Source of the DNA: Paraspadella gotoi
Taxonomy: Eukaryota > Animalia > Chaetognatha
Length of the DNA: 64,000 nucleotides
NCBI GenBank assembly: GCA_051294375.1
Contig: CM119267.1
Location: 999,601 to 1,063,600 of the forward strand
Direction of reading: 5' to 3'
In this document: piece by piece, positions 1 through 12,300 of the stretch
Layout: every line of letters begins with the position of its first letter
Position numbering within the stretch: position 1 is the stretch's first letter
Notes under the pieces: model-generated
Told to the model about the DNA's origin: nothing
The model's input: only the letters and a program-made list of their open reading frames with translations
Databases searched by the model: none
Position numbers and translations under genes: made by a program

Positions 1-3000
1 AAAGTGCTGGAAGGAGAGGGACTCTTCCGTCGCCGCCGCCGCCGCCTCCAACATCCGCAAGTTGGCCAACCACGCCCAACAGCTACACAGCGCCGCTAAA
101 AAGCAAGGTGGGTTGGAAGGCATTGCACTGGTGGGGATTGTTCAACCAATTTCCACAGGAAAATAGAGCATAATCAGAGATCCCACAGCCCACAGCCAGG
201 TTGCCTGTGATACCCATTGGTAGGGGTTAGGGGCTTCCGACCCTCAGTGACGCCTCCTGTCATTGGCGCGGTTACCCTAGGACGGTCTCTCTTTGCCAAC
301 ACAGAGGGAAGTCGTGAGCACTGTGGAAGGAAGTGTGGATGGAACGCAACGCTTGGGATGGTGCGTTCCCCCTCTGAGCCAATGGTATTGGCTGAACGAT
401 GATGGATGTGAGGCAGTGTGAATATACCGCCACACTCGCATCTTTCACGTTTGAGAAAACGTAGTCACCTGATCAAGTTCTATTTTTAGATTCGACGAAA
501 CCGAAAAACGAAGGTTCGAAAATGGGATTCGAGTTCGATCGATTTGAAAGGAGAAGAGGACAGAAGGAAGAGAGGAAGACCAAAGCCGTCAAATCAATTT
601 TTAAAGTGAAGACGATTTAATCGAGTTAATAATTAGTTTTAATTCTCTTTAATTAATTTTTTTGTTTGTTTTAGGTTCCGAAGCCGAAGCGGTTAACTTC
701 TCCCAAAAGCGCTCCCGTTCCTTCCAAACCGCAGGGAGAAAGTCAACAGGTGACGACAGCTTTGACTTTCAAGGCTTCTCTTTCGTCCACGGACAATGGA
801 CATGTCGTGATAAGTTTTGATTTTTTGCCAAGGCGTCGTATTTAGTATCTCGTCTATTACTGTTTTAGCGGATAGGGTAAGAGGGGTCTTTCTTATAATA
901 GTATCTCCTTTCTAGGTTGGCGGGGAATTCGCCGAGTTCCTCCGCGTGGAAATGGAGAAGAAGGCGGCGCTGGACGTGTCCAAACAAGTCCGCGCCTTCA
1001 TCGACAAGTTCGTCGCGAGGGTGGAAGCCACCGTCTCCGAACAATCAGAGATGGTGCAGGACTTTTACGCCGAGTTCCAGGATCGACTCGCCGCCAATCC
1101 TGTCTACAGGAGCGTCTCGGAGGAAAAGGCGGAGCGACTCCTCGATTTCTTAGAAAAGTATCTCATGACGAGACTCTATCGGATCGCCTTCAACAATCCC
1201 CTCGCCGACGACGAGGCCAAGGACTTGAAGTTGCAGGTGAGAGAGAGAATGAATGAATGAATGAATGAATGAATGAATGAATATGTGGATACTGGATACG
1301 GTCATGGGCACACACTCCGCCGCCTATACCACCTTATAATCGTCGTACAAAAGTAAAATTAGAAATACTCAATAATTAAAATCAGGTTACTGTAAACAGA
1401 TTTTGGAGAATTAGGGTTTCACAACAAATTCCACAACTGTACAACTATCATAAAACGAAAATAGATACGGTTTTCAATAGAGAATTAAAAAAAATTAACA
1501 AAAAAAGTGAATGCGAACAATAAACTAAGAGAGAGAAAGAGAGAGAGAGAGAGAATATGAACTGATTGATTGATTGAGATCGAGCAGGACTGATAGTTCT
1601 GATTTTTTTTTGGTTCTGCTGTATTATTTTATTGTTAAAACGAAATTTATATGTATATTTGCTTCTTCTTTATCTCTAATATTTCTATACATTTTATATT
1701 CTTTCCCCCAAAATAAAAAATAAATAAAGAATCGAAAATTTTGTTCGATCTTCGTCGTTTTACCCTCGATTTTCCATTTACCACCGAAATTCTCTCAATC
1801 GCAAAAGAAAAAAGGAAAAAGAAAAAAAGAAAAAGAAAAGATGCCTTTTCACATGGGTCTATTGATCGACGTGAAAGTGACGCGAAATCCGGTTCACCTC
1901 CTCGGCGTCCTCAACGTGGCCAACGGACGAGAGGCCGTCACGTGGGACATCAGCTCGGGTCCGTTTTTTGCTCCGATGATCGAAATCCGATTCCTTAACG
2001 AATAATCATCCTCCGCCCGCCCTGGAAAGGCTTGTCCGGGATGGCTCTGGCCCTCGCCATCGTGCCCGGCATCTCCGCCTTCGACGAAGACCATCCCCTC
2101 GTCCACGCCTTCGCTTCCGGCGCCAAAGTGGAGATGAATCGCGTCGTCCGCTTCTGCGTCGACGACGACGACGCCTTCGCTCCGAGAAAGAAGTTTGGAT
2201 TCGCCGTTCGCGCGGAGACCAAGTGAGGGAGGCTTTTGACTCGACCTAGTCTCAGTCAACTGCCAAGGTAAGAGGTTTGAATATCATTATAAGTCAGCAT
2301 CGGCGACGTAATTGAACTTGTAGATCTGGAGATTGGTTACTAGTCATATAGATTATTAAAGCTTATAGAATATTTGAATGCTAATTAAACCACTTACTAT
2401 CTTAATTATTTGCCAATTTAAAATAACATTATTTAACTTTTAAGATAATAGTATAAAAATGTATCGATACTTGATAAAAAGACGAGGATGTGCAAATTGA
2501 CAGAGAATTTCCGGCGGGGAACAAATTCGTCGTCTCCGTCGAACTCGAAGGAGGAGACGAACTCACGATGGAAGATCTCGTCAGAAATTTCGGTCTTTGC
2601 CAGAAACTCGACTTCGAGGAAGTCCTTCATCACCACCAAAACAGGAAGGATGAAAAGGTTAGGACGCAGGCCGAACTCGGGAATGCGGAAAGGCCTTTTA
2701 TTCTGCTTTGATTTCCGAGCGTTACTTGCCAGACAATTTGTGATTTTTAAAATCAAACTGCAGGGGCTTTCACTCGGATGAGTCCGTGGTTCGGTTTAAC
2801 CTTTTGTGCAAAAATAAGATCTCCTCCAGCTGAGCAGCTCCTCCTCCTCCTGCTCCTCCTCCAGCTGCTCAGCACTTTTCTACTTATCCCATATCCTCCC
2901 CCTTCTCTTCCATCTTCTATCTCAGCAAATGATGAACGGTCTGGCCCACCTGACGATGGGCGAGGGTGGACGCTTCGCCTCCATCGCCACCTCGTGGAAG

Positions 3001-5420
3001 ATGGAACCAACCGGCGACGGAAAGGAACTCGACTCGCGCGTTTTCGTCCGGCGCCACTTGACGCTCGAAAATTCCTTCATGAGCGCGAACGCGGTAGAGG
3101 AGTTTTTAACAATTTTTAATATGATTAATTTATTGACAATGTTAAGTGTGATATTTTTTGTAGAATATGATCAACTTGGTCACCATGGTGATAGACGAAA
3201 AGGTAGCCAATGACGCCGCTAAGTCTGACGACGCCGCCGCCGCCGTCCACAACGCCGTTTTGGCTCGTTAAAAAAAAAAAATTCGAGGAGGTCTGGCTAA
3301 GAGTTGGAGTTGGACGGATGAGGAGAAGAAATGCTTAAAACTCTTGAAATCTAATCTTCTGTTCTTCTGTGTAATTGTCAAAGTTTAGTCCGTTTCCTTA
3401 TTATTTAAAATAAACGTTTGCGAAGAACCTCTGTTTTTTGGGATTTAAATTGGAAGTATTGAAATAGTTAGTATGCATATGCTATAAAAAGATATGTATA
3501 TCTTATATGTCTTATGAAAATTGAAAAATTAATTTTCAGTATCACTATTCGCTAATTATTTAAGTCTAAAATAATTTATCTTTGTTTGGAATAGGGACGA
3601 TACGATAGTCTTGTTTTTTGGAAACAGAGGGTGCATCTACTTAACTTTATGCTCGAGTTTTCTAATAGATATCGTACATCATTTACTCCTGTTGGAAGAT
3701 CATTAATGAGAAAAATTATAAAAGGCCGAACAAAAATATTTATAATTATTGAGTTCGCGTTTTTGTGAAAATATTTGGTCATGAAGTGGTCATGAAAAGT
3801 ATTTGATCCGCGTCAGTTACAGTAAGAAGAATTGTCTCCATCATGTCTGTTGCTGGGATAATTCAGTATTTTTTAGGAAAAGGGCTGTGAGTAATGGCAT
3901 AACGTTTTAGCGCCATCCAAACCGCTCACATGGTTTACTTGACTTTTATCGATCCATGATTCAGGACAAGATCCGGTCGCTGAACTGGGTGACGGCTTCG
4001 ATGCTGGAGACTGGCATCAACGAAAAGGACGCCAAAGTCCGCGGGATCCTCGACGACGCCGTCTCCGCCATCATCGAGATGGACTCGAAGAGGGCGCCCG
4101 CCGACAAACTCAAGACGCTCGCCACATCCTCCAAACTCATCTTCGACGCCCTCTTTGCCTCAACAGGTGAAAGTGAGAGTGAGAGTTAGTTATTTGTAAA
4201 CAAACAAATCATTTGTGTCTAACAGTCGGACACTCTCGGTCGAGCGGCAGGCCCTTTGCTCACTTATCACCCTTCTTGGGTCACTATGTCCCCGAGACTG
4301 TTTCCGGTCATTCACTCGCTTATCGTAGGGAAAGTCCCCGTTTAGGATGGAACCAGAAACCTTGTGGTCATCAACTGATGTCTTGACTTCATTGACAATT
4401 TATCAATTATAATTAATTATCAATTATTAATTAGTCTAGCGGGGATAAAGAATAGTTTTGGGAAATTTACTTATTTTCCCCCTCCCCTCCTCCTCCTTAG
4501 GCAAACCAGCCTCGGCCGACGCTTTCCTTCCCTCCCTCATCTTCCTCCTCCTCCAATCGAATCCCCCTCTTCTTCGTTCCAACATTTCCTTCATCTCTCG
4601 CTTCTCTCTTCCCCAACGCGTCCGCGAAGGCGAAGCCGCTTATTACTACGTCAACCTATGCATCGCGGCCGACTTCATCGCCGACAAGTTCGACGCCGAA
4701 GCCCTCAACATGACCGACAACGAATTCCGACGCCACATGTCCGGCGAGTTGACGCCGGAGGCTTCCGAATTTCGATTGGAGAGTGGCTACTCCTGCGAGG
4801 GCCTTCGACTCATGCATCACGATCTCATCGCGCTACGCGAATTGAAAGAGAGAAACGTACGCGGCGCCGCGGAGCGTGCGGCGCTCCGGGCGGAGATCGC
4901 CGCCTGGGTGACGTCGGTGACGAATAACGTGGATGCGATTCTGGCTCGGACGCCGCTCGATCTTCGCGGGCCGAGCATCTCCGGGATCGACGATGAGAAT
5001 CCCTCAGTCGAGGGTCTCGCTTCGCCGTTGATCCCCTCGGTGGTCATGGGCGGAGGAGAGGCGCCGCCGGAATGGAATGGCGAAGGCGATGGCGGAGACG
5101 CGGGGGCAGCGTGGTCCTTTGGAGCGTCGACGCCGCGCCAGACCGATGACGCGGTAGCGGCGACGTATTCTCTCGCCGTCACGGGTTCCCCGGGTCCTCC
5201 GGACAATCCCGCGGGCACGCCGTCTTCCACGGGGTCGCCCGTGCTCGGGTCTTTGAGGTCAAAGAATTATTCTTACGACAGTCTGGATTTGCTGGAGGCA
5301 AATTTAGACTCTGACGACGACTTCCTGGGACTTGATAGGAACGCCACTGCCGCTGCTGTTGAGACGGCTGCGGCGGAGTCGGCGGCGGCGAGCGAAGAGG
5401 GAGATAAGTCGTTGTTGTAG
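1..5420 (+). CDS. RABGEF1: Rabex-5 / Rab5 GEF (end of A20 zinc finger, helical bundle, VPS9 domain); 5' end lies outside the window
   Basis: Phase-consistent exons at about 1-107 (KCWKER), 490-606, 675-749, 917-1236, 3966-4166 (MDSKRAPADKL) and 4501-5420 (ASADAFLPSLIFLLLQSNPP...GEAAYYYVNLC, the VPS9 signature). Confidence 0.9.
192..434 (-). mobile_element. Dispersed repeat family A (solo-LTR-like), missing one end
   Basis: Near-identical to 38316-38570 and 27643-27848; ends in CGCCACA; intronic. Confidence 0.75.
1841..3271 (+). CDS. Uncharacterised 246-aa protein, 5 exons, nested on the same strand inside a RABGEF1 intron
   Basis: Exons 1841-1958, 2030-2222, 2504-2657, 2926-3093, 3164-3271 join through GT-AG introns (phases 1,2,0,0) into a 741-nt ATG-to-TAA ORF (MPFHMGLLIDVKV...AVHNAVLAR*); codon style matches neighbouring genes. 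Confidence 0.8.
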
Positions 5421-5718
5421 TTATCATTGCTGCGTCTTTGTTGCAATCGAACCGCTGATGTTAGTCATGTTTTTACGAGTCACAATTAGTCACCTGCCAC
5501 GATTTTATAATATTTGCAGCTTAATTTGATTAAACGGAAAGATCTCTTACGTCGATGGATTTTCCGAGATTTAAAAAGAATTTGTCGGTGAAACGAAAAC
5601 GCGTTCTTCCCTAATTCCTAAATTCCAATCAATCATTCCTAACTAGTTACCTTTCCCCCTACAGCAGATCTCTTTTATTAAACTTAAAAAGTCATTAAAC
5701 AAAGAAAAAATATTAACG

Positions 5719-7708
5719 ATGGCTCCCGTGGAAGCGATGGAGGTTGACGGACAAGTCGCGATTCAAGCCACGCCCAAGATAGAAAAAGTAAAGTTGGAAT
5801 TTTAAACTAAAATAATGTTAAATATTAGTTAATAAGATTAAACGACGGTCTTCATCCCTCAACAGGTGGTAGTTCACCCTTTGGTTCTACTCAGCGTCGT
5901 GGACCACTTCAACCGAACGAGCAAAGTGGGAAACGTGAAGCGCGTCGTGGGGATTCTCCTCGGGTGCCTCAAGAAGGGCGGCGTCCTCGACATCTCCAAC
6001 AGCTTCGCCATTCCCTTCGACGAGGATGACAAGGTATAGTCATTATTGAGGAATGACAAGAATTGTTGAGTTGTCGATGACAAGGAAGCATGACAAAGGC
6101 CAAAGTTTGAGCTTTGTGAGATCGAACGAGGAGAAGGGGAAGGCTTACAGACCCGCGACAATTTATTAGTTCAATTTAATCATTTGTAATTTTTTTAAGG
6201 GTAAGTAAGCAAAACTTATCACAAAATTTGTCGATTTCTAAAGCCAACCATCTTTTTTTCCCTGTTTTCCACAAAAAAAGGACAAAAACGTGTGGTTCCT
6301 GGATCACGATTACTTAGAAAATATGTACAACATGTTCAAGAAAGTCAACGCGCGGGAGAAAATCGTTGGGTGGTACCACACGGGGCCGAAGCTCCATCAG
6401 AACGACATCGCCATCAACGAACTGATTCGTCGATATCAACCCAACTCCATCCTCGTTATCATCGACGCCAAACCTAAGGATTTGGGTAAAAAAAAATGGA
6501 GAAGGGATGAGGAAGGATGTTTGAGATTGACTCGGATCCAAGACCCAGATCCTAATTCTTAAATCGGGCTCAGGTTTACCCACGGAGGCCTACATCGCCG
6601 TGGAAGAAGTTCACGACGACGGGACGCCGACCGACAAGACTTTTGATCACGTGGCCAGCGAGATTGGGGCCGAAGAAGCCGAGGAGGTCTTAAACAACTT
6701 ATATAAATACTTTTTATCATTATTTATTTCTTTCTCTTTTTAGAATACAAAATGTGCCAAGTATTGCGATTCAAATTTGACCCGTTATTTTAGAACCCTT
6801 TCCATTCCTTCAATTCTAAGTCAGATCTAAGTTAAATTATTTCGATTGATTTGCTATTTGATTTTTCCAGGTCGGAGTGGAGCATCTCCTTCGCGATATT
6901 CGTAACATCACAGTCGGGACTCTCAGTCAACGAATCACCAATCAACTCATGGGTCTCAAGGTTTGACGCAAGGAAGCTGAATTTTGAGTGTGTGGCGAAT
7001 CCTAGATTCGCATCCCGTAAAGCTTGGTGAAACTCAGCTCATCCCATTAGCTTCGACAGCTAAGTAGTCATTCACCAGTCGTGAGTTTTGGGTTAAAGTG
7101 TCGGCATAAACACGCCAGTGACATCGGGTAGTCACTGCAGGTCCAAAGCCCTGAGCGCCAGCTGTCGGGAGATGCCTCACACCCAGGGCATCATACTTTT
7201 CTTTCCGTTGCCATAAGTTCTTAATTTCATAATTGAAAGAATTAATTAATCAAACCCATAGGGACTCGTTTCGAGTTTGGAAGACATCAAAAACTACTTG
7301 GAAAAGGTGGTGAATCAACAGTTGCCTATCAACCACCAAATCATCTACCAACTGCAAGACGTGTTCAACCTTCTCCCGGACATCAACCTCGCTCCTTTTG
7401 TCAAAGCCGTTTACGTCAAGACCAACGACCAGATGCTCGTCGTCTATCTCGCTTCTTTGATACGGTACATCCAGCATTAATTACCTAATTATTAAGTCGA
7501 TTATTTATATTATTTTCCTACTTGCAGTTGCATCATCGCCCTCCACAATCTGATCAGCAACAAACTGTCGAATCGCGACGCGGAGAAGAACGAGGGAAAA
7601 GAGAAAGAAGAGAAAAAGAAGAAAGCGATAGAAGAAAAGAAGAAAAAAGAGGAGGCAGCTGCGGCGGCTGCGGCTGCGGCTGCGGCGGCTGCGGCGGGCG
7701 GACGCTAA
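5719..7708 (+). CDS. PSMD7: 26S proteasome regulatory subunit Rpn8 (MPN domain)
   Basis: [63 protein letters not shown] and a KEKE-rich tail. Confidence 0.97.
6991..7215 (+). mobile_element. Dispersed repeat family B (solo-LTR-like)
   Basis: TGTGGCGAATCC...GTTGCCATA; homologous to 29085-29309 and 63064-63321; flanks AGTG/AGTT form an imperfect TSD. Confidence 0.75.
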
Positions 7709-7745
7709 AGACAATGAAAAGTCCAAGAATTGATTTTTCCCTCCT

Positions 7746-7776
<31 letters not shown>

Positions 7777-8269
7777 GACCCATCTCTGTGTCCGAACTCT
7801 AGTTCTGTTTCGTCTCTTAACTTAACTTTTTTTAAAAAAAAATTCTTTCTTGAAAAAATGCCTCCTTTTCGTTTCGACGTCTTAGAAACGCTTTCTACGC
7901 AATTTTTTTTTCTTTCAGCCGTTTTTTCAAATTTTCGCGCTGCCTTCTGGTCGAGGCGTCGAGAGAAGGAGATTACTGGATTTTTTGTCTTTTTTTTTCT
8001 CGTCCTTAACCTCGGCTTTACCTTCCCCCCGGCGAAAGAAACTTACTACTGTCCAGTGTCCACACTCTATGCATATGTCATAAGGTTCTTCCCAATAGTC
8101 ACGATGCTTATCCGCCGATCCAAGTTTGTGACTTAAACTGAAAATAAAAAAAGATTCAACTCTTCTTTCTCCGTCCACCGAGCTTCACCTCGCATGCGGC
8201 GCCCGTAGCACCGAAGACTCTCTCTCTCTTCCCCCCCCCCGGCACTCCCCCTTTTAATCGAAAAGACTC

Positions 8270-11200
8270 ATGGCGTCGGTGGCGTTCCGCTGCTCCTCGC
8301 CCGCCGTCACTTCGGCGTCGCGCGCCCTGCGTCACGTCAAGGCCGGATCAGTCGCCATCGGTTGCGCGGCACGACCAGTCGCCCCGCCCGTCTTTCTACT
8401 CGGCGCTTCCTTCGCCACAACTTGTTACAATTACACTAGATCCTCTTCGTTCTCTAAGGTGGGCGGAAGGGGAAAGAGGGAAAGGGAGAGAGGGGGTTAA
8501 TCAAAAATGTAAATTAATGCTGTACAACCAAGATATAAGGGAAAACTTGCAAAGAAATGGGTTCGGGAAACGTCGAAAGAAATCGCGAGAGAAAGCGAGG
8601 GTGGGTAACGTGGCAGGGAAACTGGCATTGAAGTTTGCCATGGAAATAGCTATGAAGTGGGCCTGAGCTCGGTAAGTTGCGAAGAGAATTCGAGGATAAT
8701 TAAATGGGTAAATTAAGATTGAAAAATGAATAAAATGAAGAGAGGAAAAAAGGCAAAGTTGATTAACTGAGTTTCCAGCGTCGATCACTTGGCCAATCGA
8801 TCCGTCGATCGCTCACATGAGACTTCTCAATTGAGTTTTCTTTTTTTCCTTAAGAACGGAAATGGATCGAGTGGCGACGGTCGCAGCTCGGATGGAGGGA
8901 CGGCGCTTCGCTGCCCTAAATGCGGGGATCCCTGCACGCACGTCGAGACCTTCGTCTCCTCCACGAGGTGACGCTTGACGGACCCTAGCATAATAATTAA
9001 TATTAAACGATATTTAAAAATCGGGTCCAAGGTTCGTCAAGTGCGAAAAATGCCACCACTTCTTCGTCGTCCTCTCCGAGGCGGACACGAAGAAGAACGC
9101 CAAAGAGAACTTGGGCCAGAAGGCGGCGGCGCCAGAGGCGAAGCGGAAACCGCCGCCTCCGCCCAAGAAGATCTTCGAGTACCTCAACCGTCACGTGATC
9201 GGACAGGAGCAGGCCAAGAAGGTTCTCTCCGTCGCCGTCTACAATCATTACAAAAGGTCTCTTTATATCGGGCGAGGCAGGACTTGCCTTAGTTGCTTGT
9301 GGGTTAAATTCTGACACTAGCGCGGTTCTCAGAGTTCTGAAGGGTAAATAAGTAGTTTCTTGGTATTAGATAATGAAGAAATTTCAATAGCTTGCACTTG
9401 TGTTGGTGTTGACCGTTTTAATTAATAACATATCTGCTTTCCTTTCCCTTCTTATTTCATTTATCATCCCAGGATTTATCACAATTTGCCCAACAAATCC
9501 GCCAACCAAGGCGGAGGCCACTCCGATGGAATGGGAGGTCACGGCTCTAAATCCCCCAATCAGTGGCAGACTCTCTCGACGGACGGCCCCTCGGCGAGCG
9601 ACTCCTCCAAGCACTTCCAACACGTTTTCGGCCCTAAAGTGGAACTCCTTCACCTGGGCGAGCACCAGGGGCCGAACGAGGGTCAGGAGGGCGGCGTGGG
9701 CGGAGCCGCGCCCGATCGGGGCTCGGAGAAGCTCGACAACAAGGCTCAAGAGCTGAGGCTGGAGAAGAGCAACATCGTGATGCTGGGACCCACGGGGTCC
9801 GGAAAGACGCTCCTCGCTCAGACAATCGCCACCTGCCTCGACGTCCCCTTCGCCATTTGTGATTGCACCACGCTCACGCAGGCCGGATACGTGGGTAAGA
9901 ATCGGAGGGCGGAGTCGACTCAGATATGGAAAAATTGAAGCTTAATTCGTGGATTTGATTTTTGAAATGAGTGATGAGCTTATGACAAAGTATATCTTGA
10001 TAGTGGACAACTGGACATGTATGATTGGGGCTTTAGCCCGGTATGTGGGTCATGTCAGGGCGATTCGCAAAAGAAAAGTTTATTCAAGACGAAAGTTGTT
10101 TATGAGAAAAATGGGTTTGTGCCAGATCACTGCTTTTCACAAATGAAATGATTTCACGACCTTGCCTCTCTTTCTCCTGTCCCCCATTTTTCCTCCAGGC
10201 GAGGACATCGAGTCTGTGATCGCTAAACTCCTTCAAGACGCAAACTTCGACGTGAAGCGCGCCGAGCAGGGAATCGTCTTCCTCGACGAAGTGGACAAGA
10301 TCGGCTCCGTGCCAGGCATCCACCAGCTCCGCGACGTCGGGGGCGAGGGCGTTCAGCAGGGTCTGCTCAAGATATTGGAAGGGACCGTCGTTAATGTGCC
10401 CGAGAAGAACAGCCGGAAGCTGAGGGGAGGGGAAAGCATTCAGGTGGGATTTGAAGGATGAAATATTCTTCAATTAAAAGACAAAAACTTGATTTTTTTC
10501 TAAAAACCGCCAGGTGGACACGACCAACATCCTTTTCGTGGCCTCCGGCGCCTTCAGCGGACTAGACCGTATCATCAACCGACGCTACAACGAGAAATAC
10601 TTGGGCTTCGGGGCGGCCATGTCGGACAGCCGCGGGCGGCGGGCCGCTGCCGCCGAAGGAGCCGACAGCCTCACCGCCGTTGGGAAGACGACCGCGTCCG
10701 AGGACGACATCGAGAGGGACACGTTGCTTGAGAAGGTGAGTTTAGTCCTCGTCGAAAAAGGAATTTTAATAGATAATTAATTAATAATGAATATCAGGTG
10801 GAGGCTCGCGATTTGATCGAGTTTGGGATGATTCCCGAATTCGTCGGACGATTCCCCATCGTCGTCGCCTTTCATTCTCTCAACGAGGACATGCTCGTTC
10901 GAATCCTGACGGAGCCGCAGAACGCCGTCGTCCCGCAGTTCACGACGCTGCTCAATCTCGACAACTGCCAGTTGCAGTTTACCGGTGAGGGAGAAATATA
11001 ACTTGGGGTCTTACTTAGTTTAGTATTGTCTCCTGAATTCGCCAATTTGATTGTTTTCTTCAGGCGACGCCCTTCTCGCCATCGCACACCAGGCGCTGGA
11101 GCGAAAGACGGGCGCCCGCGGACTCCGCGCCATCCTGGAGAACCTCCTGCTGGACTGCATGTTCGAAGTGCCCGGGTCGGACATCAGCTCCGTCCGAATC

Positions 11201-11317
11201 AACGAGGAGGTCGTCCACGGAAAGAAGAAGCCAGAGTTCGTTCGGGACGCGAAGGAAGACGGAGGCGACGACGATTTCGAAGACGATCACAAAGTCAAGG
11301 CCATGGGGACGAGTTGA
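8270..11317 (+). CDS. CLPX: Mitochondrial ClpX AAA+ unfoldase
   Basis: Presequence-like N-terminus, CPKC...CEKC zinc motif, Walker [49 protein letters not shown]. Confidence 0.97.
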
Positions 11318-12300
11318 AGAGGAGGAGGAGGAGGAGGAAGAAGTCGAGGACGGCGGCGGCAATCGTAAAGTTTAATCCATGGAGACGAGCCAAGGAAGAA
11401 GAGGATATTCTTCCAACCACGTTGCCTTTGTGAGCGGTCGAGGAGAGGGAGAGAGAGAGGGAGAAGAGGGGGGAGGGGGATCCTCGGAAGGCACGAGGCG
11501 ATAAGGCTTTGGGTTTGGGACACTTCATGTCTCTGGGACGTTGGCTACTATGAGGTGATATATTATGTGATTAGTAAAAGGGAAATGTATTTTGGAAATA
11601 ACATTTGAATAAAGAAAAAAAAATTAGTGAAAGTTGATTCTTGTGTCTTTTCGTTGGATATCAAATAGTTTTAACGATTATTTATTTAAATTTTGTAACG
11701 GGAATATGAAGATAAGGATGGTATAATTATTTTCTGGCTTTTTGATGTTATTTAATTTAAGTTTTACCTCAGAATTTCGATGAATTCTCATATCCTCCTT
11801 AGTTTTTTTTCATTTTCCCGAAAATCGCTTCCAGATTTTTTTTATTGATCGCAGACGTAGAAGCGAAATGTTGTGCCGGCTCGTGTCCACTCGTGTCCGA
11901 TCGCCGGCGTCTTGTCCGAGCGGGAAACTCGAAGACCCGGATGTCTTTGTGTAGCTTGTTATTAAATATTCATCTTTATCGTCTTTAAACAAAAGTTGTT
12001 TCGCCCATTGTATCCCATTTTTTATCACTCACGAGTCAAATCGATTTTGACGAAGTGAATCGAGAAAAAGGAAAATTCTGACGATTAAAAAATTCATCAC
12101 TTCCTTCGTTTTGTTTTGAATTTAATGCAGATCGCGATTTCAAATCTCGATCCCTTCGTCCCAAAAATAAAAACAAATCATAATTAACATAAAATTATGA
12201 ATTTTTTTTCTTTTTGTCAATAGAAAGTTTTAAATTAATGTAATAATCGCACCTAAACACTTACATATTATACAAGCCACAAATCAACTACCGCACGAAG

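Noticed and set aside
4222-4380. TAGGGAAAGTCCCCG resembles the RNase MRP CR-I motif and is preceded by an 80-nt hairpin
   Set aside because: No P8 GARAR loop or CR-V (GGGGCTYANT) follows, and the downstream sequence is AT-rich intron. An Rfam cmscan would settle it.
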